Source: Camelus dromedarius (Eukaryota). Taken from it: 64,000 nt of DNA. The stretch lies in contig NC_087436.1 in NCBI RefSeq assembly GCF_036321535.1, positions 60,452,001-60,516,000 on the forward strand. The letters are read 5' to 3'. The position numbers were made by a program, and so were the translations under genes. How positions within the stretch are numbered: the first letter of the stretch is position 1; every line of letters starts with the position of its first letter. The notes under the pieces were generated by a model, which was not told where the DNA came from, did no database searches, and saw nothing but the letters and a program-made list of their open reading frames with translations. Below, one piece after another: positions 41,852 to 53,149 of this stretch.

Positions 41852-44800
41852 TATTTTTATTTCTGATTTAAATTTTGGCTCCTCTAATTTGTTTCAAATT
41901 TTAAAACTTTCTTAGATTTCTAGTTTAAAATATGATAGCAAACTCCATGGGTGTGTTGTGAATGGCTTACTTTACCTCCTTTAGCTTCACATCTTGATGC
42001 CAATCACTTCTTAAAGAGTTTTAATTTAATAGACAATAAAATTGAATGACTTGAAATAAATTATTTTGAGAAATTAGTAATAAATACAAGATATACTTGG
42101 GTCAATTCTTCTTTGCTTCTAGGAAGAATCTTTTTGATGCTTGACTTTTTTTTTTTTTTTTTTTTTGGTGTGTTTTTGCCTAACTGGAAAAGTTTTTATA
42201 ACTTCATTTTCTTTTCATAGTTAGTAGCTCTTCCATGTCCAGAAGTAAAATCCATCCTTTACTTCTGCAAACATTATTTTATATATACAGCATTTGTCTC
42301 AGGAAAAGAGCAGTAAAATGATTGATTAGGGCATCTGGTTGTTTTTCCCCTAAAACACGCTTTATGAGTTAAGTAGAATTGGCTCTTTCACCATCATAAT
42401 AATAGTTTAGAATAATACCATCATAATAGTGATTTACGTACATTAACTCAATCCATTTTCACTGATTTATTAGGTAGGTATAGCTAACCCTTATCTCTTT
42501 AAGAGCAAAGAGCAAGTGGATAAGGCCAGCTGCAAGCACTGGGGGCTGCATTGTGAGCTGAGAATATGGAGACAACATGGCTCATCATTTACGAGTTGTG
42601 TCATGTGTCATATGAAGAGTAATTGACCTTAGATAAGTTCCTCATCAGGATTTTAATCTGGAAAATTGCATTGGTAAAAACTTTTTATGGAAAATGCAGG
42701 AGCATTCTTACAGCTAAATAAAACATCATTAAACATACATTTCATCGAGAATATAACTTCTTATTTTCTTAGGATATGTTTCTGGAAGTGAAATTGCTCA
42801 GCCAAAAAGCATGGGCATATTGAATGTTTTGATGCATATTTTTAAATTATCTTTTAGAAAAGCCAGTTTTTAATAGGGGAGTCAACAGTTCACCTCATGT
42901 TACTGGAATACTGATATTTTATTTGTTTTTTCTTTTTTCTTTTACGTATTTACTATAATGAGCATATACTATTCACGTAACAAAAAAATAAAGGAGAGTT
43001 ATATTTATAGAATACTATTTCAGCCTATCTTGTCATGGCGATCCATTTGATTTTTAACATATCTTGAGAGTGTTTTTTTAATTATTTAAATGTTCCCTCC
43101 AGGTTAAGACCATAATCCAAGACGATCAAGAAGACTGAATTCTCAATTAGTTGATTGTTGTTATAGACACACACACAGATAAAGTAAGACATTAAACATA
43201 AGTCCCTTTATATAGAAAAGACTTAGCAAATAGCTTCAATATTATTTATTCTTTCTTTAGTGTACATAATATCTGCCTTATGCATGTGTGTGTGTATGTG
43301 TGTGTATTATATTCTTTTGCCTAGGTCTTAATGATCTTGTAAATGTATATTATTTCCTTACTTGAAAATCAGTTGCACACATTTGAGTCATATCAGTTAG
43401 ATTTTTCACATAAATCAGTTTTTCCTTTTGGTAACTCCATTACGCGAAGATGTTTGAATGTTATTTTTTCTTTCCTACACATGTATTTGAGGACATATCT
43501 GAAACAACTAGTTAGATTTCCTGTAGAAATTGGAGATTTACCTGTTTAAACAGGTCTATTTATGCACTTTATATTTTGGAAATGTTAAATAAAAATACAC
43601 AACTTTATTTTTTAACCATTTTCAAATGTTTAACAGCCAGTACTATAAAAAAAAATTCCTTCTTTGTGGTAATCTGATTACTTGGAGTGTCTCCTTATCC
43701 TGATCTAAAAACAAAAGCAGAAACAAAAAACAACATTTAGTCCAATATTTTAAGGTGATACGTTAAGGGGAATTTAAATAGAAATAAACCCAGAAAAGAA
43801 TCTATGATTTAAAGCACAATTGATCTTAACATGGGGAAGCTGATTTAAAATTAATGCATTCATAATACTTAAAAATATATGAAAAATGATTAGACTAAAT
43901 ATACAGATAAGTTCTTGTCCTACTCTTGAGAATATAATAGAAAAAATTCAAATTATGTTTATAAAAAGTAAAAATAAAAATAATTTAAAAATAGACAATT
44001 GATTAAATACATAATAAAATATAATATTTTCAGGCAAAATGATGTTACAAATCCGTATTTATTTATATGGATATGTTTTGATGTTAATGTATTTATCAAG
44101 TAACCATTAAGAAATAATTTCTCATTTCCTTGTCTTAATCTCTTAATAATATACATTTCCAATTTTAGGTGTGATAACAAGATTTCAAAACATTAATGAT
44201 GTGCTTTTTATATAGTGTTGAAGAAAATTTCTTAAATGCCATCGAATACTGTCAAATTATCTACAGAGGAAACTACATCAGACGCTTGAGTAATTATGAT
44301 ATTATAAGAAACATGCTCATTTTGCTAATTTGTTATGATCTCTCTGTTTACAAAGGCATTATAACTTCAGTTTAAAACATCACAGAAAAACATTATGAAT
44401 TCCCCTGAAATGTTTTTTCATCCACTTATTTTCTGCTTTTCTGCACACAAATGCTGTTGAAAAGTATGAGTAGATCTGTCACTGCCTTATCAGTCTGTCC
44501 AATCCTCACTCACCTGGAACATAGAGGCTGAGTTTATCTCTGAAATGGATATTCATCCTGAAGCCTTTCAGAGCCACTGTCACAATGAGTCCAGCTAACT
44601 CTGAACACCATTTGTTGTACCATTTTATTTTTCTCCCTTGGAAAATGAACATAATTCATACAGAGCTCTGCTACCACACCGTTAAAAAAAACCAGGTTCC
44701 AAGAATGTAAAACTATCAATGAAGACAGCAAATGTCAATTTTATTGCTCTTACTGTATTTCTTCAGGCTGCTGAGCAAATTGCTGTGAGTGATGTTGTTA

Positions 44801-45149
44801 TTGTAATCCATACATTAAGGAGAGAGAAGAGATACTGGCAGCGTTTCAGTTAATGACCCCTATTAATGTCTCTTGACTCCCACACTCTCTTCTGCCCACA
44901 ACTTCCACCCCTGGTTGAAAATTTTTTGCTTGTCATAGTTAGCCAAAGTTATTGATGGGGAGGCATCAGATATGTGTGCTGTGCATGGGAAAAGAGTTTG
45001 GGGAGGGTGGGGAATAATGTTAACTACTGCAATTTAAAAAAAAAATAGTGTTTCCTAGGGCATCCTAAAACATGAGGGCTCGGAAGAGTAATGGCTACTT
45101 GCATTGAGAGATTCCACCATGATTGGCTCATTGCTAAGAAGCATATTAT

Positions 45150-45310
45150 TTATTCCTTACAATAATCACACAAGTAAAATATCATCCTCATTTTACAGAT
45201 AAGAAAATTGAGATTAGAGAGTTTGGATACTTGCTCTCAGTCCTGCTACCAAGTAGTAAGAACCTTGATAAGTCTCTGCTTTTAACTTGTACCCAGGACC
45301 TCTACTCTCA
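45150..45310 (-). mobile_element. MIR SINE remnant
   Basis: atcatcctcattttacagataagaaaattgagattagagag, MIR core. Confidence 0.7.
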
Positions 45311-45629
45311 GAAGTCTACTATGCTCACCAGTGTTTGGTGTATTTCTTGAGCTCATAAATATGTTTTTCCTTCTAATACTAAGTTTATTTGAACTTTTAG
45401 ATCCCAAATATTTAAATATCTTTCTATTTGGCTCTAAAGTCTTTAATCCTGGGTTTTTGTATATCTTCGTATTCTTAGCATCAAAAACCACAGGGATATT
45501 TAAAATGATATCAGTTGAATTCTACATATTTCACATGTAAAATTCTTGTAGTCACAATTTGTGACTCTACATTGCTGAGGATTCACTACTGTATTAATAA
45601 ATATGATAAATTGTGCTGGAATGAATGTC

Positions 45630-45630
<1 letters not shown>

Positions 45631-45696
<66 letters not shown>
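45631..45696. repeat. Perfect (ATT)22 microsatellite
   Basis: 66 nt uninterrupted, direct count. Confidence 0.98.
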
Positions 45697-45697
<1 letters not shown>

Positions 45698-47344
45698 TGC
45701 TGCCTATGGTATTATAGAAACAACATGAAACTGTCCACAGGGTCAAATTGAATGATCTTCTTTGGACTCTGAAGTCCTCTTTATTGTTCTTCATATCTCT
45801 TTGGAGTAACCCTACTGCCCTGTTTCAAGCTCACCCCCTTTCCAAAATCATATACAATGCCTTCTCAGCTGTATGCCTTATGCTCTCCCTTCCATGCCCA
45901 TTATGAAATTACAGGAGAGGTGAGTCTACCAAGATCTGGCTACCTCATGTTTTCATACATCTGCAGAAGATGAAAGGAAAGTGCAGACAGGGAATAAGAA
46001 ATAATCAGCCCAAGAATCAACATTCCATTGCTCCTTGTGTTCACAACAAATACACACTATTATACAAAGATGGTAGAGATTATACTTTCCTCACATGGCA
46101 CACCTAAAAAAATCAGTTGTTTTATGGGGAAGACAAAGAAAGTTTAGGTTAATCATGCCTTTCATAGGATGTTTATCTTTAGCTAAATGACTGTATTGAA
46201 TGCTGATAAACCATCCTATTAAAAAGTGGCAAAATATTTATTTTTCATTTATCAAAGAGAAAATCAAATATGAATGTAGTCATTAACGAAACATGCACGT
46301 TAATAATGCCTCCCACTAGGCTATTCCTCCATGTTCCTTATGAGGTACAGGCCATTCAATGAGTTATTGGGTTTTTTTAGTTTAAAATTTAAAGTTATAT
46401 TCAAACAGTTAAACATTTACTCAAGGCTCTGCTGTCAACTGAATGATGAAAAAAAAAAGTTCTTAACTTCCGGTTCCCTTCTTTGTCCTGGAGTAGTTCT
46501 GCCTCCATGGGAATACTGAGCTGAGAGACTGTAGGTGGAACATAAGCAATGTCACTATTGCCATTCCCAGCAATTATAAGTTTATTGAATGCTTACTTTG
46601 TTCAAGGGACTTTGAAGGATGAAAATGAATAAAATATAGTCTTATAAATGAAACAAAATTACTTTACAATTTTCTTTTTTTTTTTATGTGGGTGATGGGA
46701 AATCATCTTCCCCTACAGATAATTACCAATATAGAAATGGCAAAATTTCAGATGTGAATGCGATGTTTTGGGACATAAGTTCTCCTTGATTTCCATTGTC
46801 ACATCGAAATTCAAAGGCCATATCTAACAGCACTGGGTCCCACTTTTTCCTCCTCCCCTCTCTCATGCCCATTCTCTAAATTTCCATAGAGTACTGCCAA
46901 TTCAGAAGATAATTGTGCTTTTTGTAACAGTTCTTGCTGGATTTTCTCAGCTCTGTCACTTAAGAGCTAGGACACGTTTGCATTTTACCAGAATTCTTTG
47001 AGTGTCAGATTTCCTATCTATAAAAGGTACAAAATAAAACTTAACTTACCCTCTTGTTATGATTAAATGATACAGTACATTAGTCCTTTGCCAAGCATAT
47101 AAAGCTGTGAAATCATGCTATTTTATAAGAAGCACAAAAATGTAACAACCACTCCAAAATAATTCTCTCCTTGGTCTGCCACAGGATCTAAAGTATCTGT
47201 CACTTCATTCACCCCTTTGACTTTTCCAGGAGGTCCCTGTTAAACTATAAATATGTCACACAATTGAATATTAAATATTTATATTAAATAGCTGTGATGG
47301 ATTACAATGGAAAACATTTATCAAATGCAGTAATAAAAAGAAAC

Positions 47345-47660
47345 AATCAAAAGCAATAAAAAGAAACAATACTGATTCATGCAACAGCATGAATGAATTT
47401 CACAAATATTAGGCTGAGTGAAAGAAGCCAGTTAGATACAAAAAATAGTTCACACTGTACATGGTTTTCTTTTTATGAAATTCTAGAATATGAACAACTA
47501 AAAAGGGCACAAGGGAACTTCCTGGGGTGATGAAAATGTTTTATTTCTTCAAAATTGTGAGGATTACACTAATGCATGTATTTTTCAAAACTGATTTAAA
47601 GGAACAGTTAAGATCTGAAGATATCACTCCATATAAATTTTACTTAAATTAAGAAAAAAA
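47345..47660 (+). mobile_element. LINE-1 (L1ME-like) 3' end
   Basis: catgcaacagcatgaatgaatttcacaaatattaggctgagtgaaagaagccag; gggcacaagggaacttcctggggtgatgaaaatgttt. Confidence 0.8.
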
Positions 47661-48387
47661 GCATATCTAAGCATTATTGTGTTTATTTTTAAATAGTTCT
47701 CACATTTTTATGGATGCATTCCTAAATATTTACAGATGAAAAGATATATGCAATTCTTGAGATTTAGTGAAAAAAAACTGAGGGGAGAGCATAGTGATTA
47801 AAAAAAAATGAGTGGATGAGAAAATAGATGAAACCTGATGATGCATTGGAAAATGGTGCAATTGGGTGATACTCCATTGAGAGTTCTTTGTTTTCTCTAT
47901 CTTTGTGTATGTTTGAACCTTTTCCATAATAAAAAGTTGAAAGGAGAGAAATCATCTTGGTTTATCTCCCTTTACAAGAGAAAACTGAACAGAAGGACAT
48001 AACTTGTTCAAGCTCTCAAAGCCAGAAAGCAAACCAATTGCCATGTTTAACCCACTGTTTCTGATCCCAAGGAAACAAAAAAGGAGCATTTTGGAAAGGC
48101 TACTTTTAGAAAGGGTAGACGAATAGTGTGAGGAGTTGTTTAAGGAATATATATATACTTGCTTCTTGTCTCTTTTGGCTTCAAAATTGTTCTGTAGATA
48201 TAAGTTGCTTTTTCCTCACATTTCAGAATGTGTATGCAAGGATCAGAAAAAGAATTTTTTTCTTACAAGAATAAACACAAAACAAAATACAGCAAAGATT
48301 TGTTTTTCCCTTCCAGTTCTAAAAGCATCCTCCCATTCCAGGCAAAGAAAGCACAGGCATTCTGTTAGGGGAGGAGCTTGGTTCTCC

Positions 48388-48434
48388 ATTCTGGTGTGAT
48401 CCAGGAACAGCTGTTTTCCCTCCAGCTCTGAAAG
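48388..48434 (+). other. SNCA: SNCA distal alternative non-coding first exon
   Basis: attctggtgtgatccaggaacagctg...tccagctctgaaag|GTGAAA matches the recalled human distal 5'UTR exon and ends in a GT donor. Confidence 0.7.
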
Positions 48435-49444
48435 GTGAAACTGTATTAAGCAAAGCGGGAGGGTGGGGGTTGTCTTGAAGCCTGCGAGCTTGTTTGTGTG
48501 TCCGTGTGTAGGATGGGGTGGCGTGTCAGCGCTAAAGACAACGTAAATCAGAAGTCAGAAAGGTGAATGGTGTGTACATTTCCCTTTTCAGAAGGGGACG
48601 GAGGAGAAATTGCAAATGATAGTTCAGGAGAATAAATCGCGGTGGATTTGTCTCTTCTATCCAGGAACGTGATTCTGGAAAGTAAATTCCATTCTGAGAA
48701 CGAAAAGCTTACAGCCGCTTGGTTTCGACGGCTGGGGGATATTTATTTCTTGTTCCACTGATGTGAAAGTCAGCGTCTGGCAGCCGCTGATTGGTGGAAA
48801 AGAAAATGGTGATAGTGGGGTGGGAAGAGGATTTGACGAGCCTCCTCCTGCCTCCTCAACCTGTAACTCTTCTTTACTAGTCTCCTCTCCACCTGTGAGA
48901 CCATTTCGGGCTCATCAGAGGTTAGGAGCAAACGCAAATCTGAAGGATATTTAAACAAAAGCATCCTTAACGTTGTGTTCTACGACCCTTAATCACATTT
49001 CAACGTTCCGAGAGAAACGTGCTCTGTGAGCACACTTCCTAAGCCGCCTGGCTTCTTCAGCAGCTCCCCGACAGATTGGCTCTATCTTCGGTGGTCCCAC
49101 TTCCCCAGGCTGGCTCTGACGTGGGGGTCCCCTTGAGGAACCAGAGGGAAAGGCGGAGACAGGGAAGGAGGGTGGATGGGAAAAGGGCGAGACGGCAGCC
49201 CAAGCATAACAGCTTTGAATCTCCAGAAGAGCCCCTGTGACCCTGAACTTGAGGTGAAGTGAAGAACATCCCACCTACCCGCCCCCGAGGACCAGGCGGG
49301 AGGCTGAAGCTGGAGGTACAGCCTTCCCCCACCCCCACCCCTATCCGAGGAGACGAGTGAAGTGCACGCGGCGGGGAAAGCAGCGAGCGCCGGGAGAGGG
49401 GCGGGGAGAGGCGCTGACAAATCAGCTGCGGGGGAGGTGAGCCG

Positions 49445-49660
49445 AGGAGAAGGAGGAAGAGGAGGAGGACCCGAGAGAGGGGGCGAGCGACCCAGCGCAG
49501 AGACGCGGGGTGAGGTGTGTGCTGGCTTTAGAACAGACCCTGGGACCGAGCCTTGCCTTTAGCATCCTTGGCGCTCTCTCCCCGCCTTCCCTTCTGACCT
49601 TCTGTCTTTTTCCCTCGGATCCTCTCGTGCGAGGGACGGGGAGTGGCAATTCGACTACAG
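49445..49660 (+). other. SNCA: SNCA main non-coding exon 1 (start approximate); possible internal donor at 49515
   Basis: Purine-rich aggagaaggagg start, gagagggggcgagcgacc, and end gggagtggcaattcgactacag|GTTGGC resemble human exon 1; contains no ATG. Confidence 0.8.
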
Positions 49661-49759
49661 GTTGGCTGGTTCGCCTCCGACGCCCCCCAGCCTCTCATCA
49701 CCGGGCTGTGCTGACAGCCGCCGCCTCTGGGGACCATCCCTCTCCTAGTGCCGCCTCCA

Positions 49760-49882
49760 CCCTTCCTGTGCGCTTTTTATCCTCCCTTTTCCCATTTAAA
49801 TAATATTTGGGGACTGTTTAAAAAAATTTTTTTAAGTAGGGGTGGGGGAGGAATCAGAGTTCCGAGGAGCCAAGGGATTCAG
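49760..49882 (+). other. SNCA: SNCA alternative first exon within intron 1 (start uncertain)
   Basis: Strong donor agggattCAG|GTAAGG at 49883 followed by acctgtggatctaaacgg, resembling the recalled human agggactcag|gtaagtacctgtggatctaaacgg. Confidence 0.6.
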
Positions 49883-50972
49883 GTAAGGACCTGTGGATCT
49901 AAACGGCAGATTTGGAAATCCTGGAGAAAACCTGGTGGGAGAGGAGTCATTGCGGACACCTGGGAGGGGGCTGGTGCTGCAGTGAGGACCCACTGTAGTC
50001 AAGTTTTTCGAAGGTACTTATCCTTTTGGTGAGCTTAATAAAAGTAGATTGACCTGGCTTTCCACCTGCTTCCAGTACTCCCGTCTTCCCGTCTTCAAAA
50101 ACTGAGAGATTAGGAATCTCTGATATGCTTTTCCTTGGAAACGCGAGGATGCTCAATCGAATATGAGTATTCAACTTTTATTTCTCTCTTTACTTAAATC
50201 CCCCAGTCCGCCCTCTCTGTTCTCTCTGTAAACAAGCTGTGTTTGGCAAATCATGGAAGCGCAGAGGGGACAAGTCAACAGGTGGTAAGGGGTTAACAGG
50301 TGAGGGCGGGGGGTGGTGGAGGCTCAGCATACTGAGAACGCCCCCTCGAGTGACCGGCGAGCTTCTGAAGACTGCCCGCGAGTGTGAACTTGAGCCTGCC
50401 TGCCTGCCTGCCTGCCTGCTCCTGGTAGAGGGCGAGGGCTGGGTGAATGGTCGAGTGGGCACGCAGTTGGCCTGAGGTTCAGCCACACCCAGAGTGAGTT
50501 GTTCTCTTCCCTCCCCTCTCCATGGTCAACCTGTTAAACATCTTCTGGGATTTAAGAGTGTCCCTGACCCCATGCCTCCAGTTCCCTTTCTTTTCCTGTG
50601 ATCTGTCTTCTAAACGCACTTCTAACTTATAGTCACGTTTTGGACCCCGGGAAGTTGAAAGGGGTCCATCTTTTCATGCAACTCCACTTGGGAAACGCAG
50701 TAAGAACAGCTCAGATGATTCATCCTAATCTATGTTTAGGCGGCTAGACTTTTACCAGCCAAGATGGATGGGAGATGCTAAAATTTTAACGCAAAATCTA
50801 AACAAAACAAAACAAAATGCTAGTTGATCCAGTGGTTGAAATGAAGGTACTCTTTTAAGAGTTTCACACTTTGGGAGATTCTGCTCACTTTCAGTGATTT
50901 TTTAACCTTGGGTAGTTATAATTTTGTTTTGCTTTATGGAAAAGTTATCAAAGTATGTTTTATGTTCTCCAG

Positions 50973-51123
<151 letters not shown>

Positions 51124-52725
51124 TAAGCCCCAAGAGTCGTGTTGATTTTTATTTATGACTGATGGTTGGGATGATTGATGCTTTAAATGCTGGTGTTTCT
51201 CACTCAGTTTTGCATCTTCACTTGTCAAAAAGATGGACTGAATCAGAGGTATGTGTGGGTAGGTGAATGTATATGTTTGAACTAATAGTAAAAAGTGGGG
51301 CTAATCTTTTCTTTTGCCAGATTACTTAATTTTGCAATAATACTTAGGACTCTTTCTTTTTTAAAAGGAATATGCCTATGCAGAAGTAACTATCGTTCTG
51401 AGGACAGTTTTTGAAACTTAGTCTTTTAAAAAAATACTCAAGAATTTGTTAAGAATCAAAATCACTCATGGAATTTGATTTCTTTTATCATCATGATGAA
51501 TATTTGCTAATTTGGGCGTATTCTAATTTTAAAATAAGACTTTGATACGGCCTTGAGATATGTAAAAAGAGGCCTACTATGGCTCTGAAAAGGAAAAGAC
51601 AAAAGGTCTTTGGTGTAATTACTCCTTGTGACCACTTGGTAAGCTGGGGACAAAGTGCTCCAGAAAGTGCTTGAGGGTTGCTAATATCTCCGAGTCACTT
51701 TATAGATAATTTATTAAACAGCACACATAATAAATTGAAATTGATGCTTATCATTTCTACTTGTTTATAAATTCCCACGTTGGAGTATTCACACAGACCC
51801 TGACTTTCTTCTCCTTATCTTGAGCTGTGTTAGGTGGGGTGTTACCTTACAAACTCCTTCAAATTCTTTGGGGAAGAAATAGGCACAAATATAGACACAC
51901 GCTCATCCATAGGGACACGCAGACACATATGCATACACTCACCCACTACCTTTTCTGTCTCTACTCTTTCTCTGAGCTCTTCCATATTCTCTGGTAGCAG
52001 CTATGGCAACAGTAGCCACAGGATGAGCAATAAAGTGGAGGATGAGCATACTGGGTGGCATACGACTCTGTGGGATGAGAAAAAGCTATGCTGTCACTCC
52101 AACATAGATGGCTGGAGAAAAGTGATGATTTGGAATGATTTTTCCTGAATGCTTCTCATTTGAAATTTTTATTTTTATTGTTCATAGACTCTTGGCTTGA
52201 TCTTACCACAAATCTTTAGATGAATTATTCTGTATCTTAAAACATATTTTCAGAAAACCATTTAATTAAAAATCTTATAAGAGGAAAAAATTGATGGGTT
52301 AATTCCAAGGTTTTTTGCAAAGTGTGAATTGTATCTTTTTAGGTGGAATTTGGAATATTGAATCAATGACATGCAAATAATCAACATCTTTCTTTATATT
52401 TGTCCTCAGTTTTCTAAGTTGTGCAAGTGCATGCACAGAACTATTCTTCGATTTCAATTACTTTATAACTTAGTAACTTTAAAGATTTTTTAAAGGATGA
52501 TAATATTTACTCTATTAGTTTATAATGAGTCCAGAAATGACTGAATATTAAATTAACATATTGTTCCTTTCCAGATAATAAACAGAATTATCATCTGGAA
52601 ATACTTTTATTTTTATTGTCAACTATGAGTTTGTATCAGTTATGTTTGAAAGTTGGTAAAAAGTTGAACACAAATAACAGAATTCAGGATGAAAGGTGAC
52701 CATGTGAAGACACGGTCATGTAGTT

Positions 52726-52931
52726 TAGGGGTTGGTAAGCTTTTCCTGAAAAGGGATAGATAGTAAATATTTTAGGCTGTGATATCTCTGTTTTAATTGT
52801 TCAATTCTGCTCTTGCAGTGTGAAAGCAGCCAGAGACAATAATTAGGGTGGCTTTGTTCCAATAAAATTTAACTTACCAAAACAGGTGGGGGAGTTTATT
52901 TGGCCCTTAGGCTGTAGTTTGCTGACTCCTG
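52726..52931. mobile_element. MER58A-like hAT-Charlie element in SNCA intron 2
   Basis: TIR-like ends aggggttggtaagct / agtttgctgactcctg; internal agatagtaaatattttaggct and ttccaataaaattt. Confidence 0.8.
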
Positions 52932-53149
52932 ATAAAGTAGGAAAAACAGACTTGATGTCAGACCAACCTAAATCCCAGTCCAGGCTGTATCACTTACTGC
53001 CTCTAGGATACTGGGGGAGTTACTTAACACATGTAAACATCACTTTCCTCATTTGTAAAAATATGATTTGGATAAATCCAAGTACCTTGCTGAGTTTTTG
53101 TGAGAATGTCATAATAAAGCAGAACACATGAGTAATAAAACATACTTTA

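Larger units (their letters stand above)
48450..50500. promoter_or_regulatory. SNCA promoter / intron 1 GC- and CpG-rich region
   Basis: Sharp rise in GC and CpG relative to the AT-rich flanks; GC box GGGGCGGGG 49398-49406; inverted CCAAT (ATTGG) at 48790 and 49075; TGACGT at 49117; no obvious TATA box. Confidence 0.85.

Noticed and set aside
45515..45794. Poly-Leu / poly-Ile ORFs resembling membrane peptides
   Set aside because: Translation of the (ATT)22 microsatellite
48993..50486. Overlapping GC-rich ORFs or antisense peptides at the promoter (SNCA-AS1-like)
   Set aside because: Long ORFs are expected in GC-rich DNA; antisense transcription is plausible but cannot be delimited from sequence
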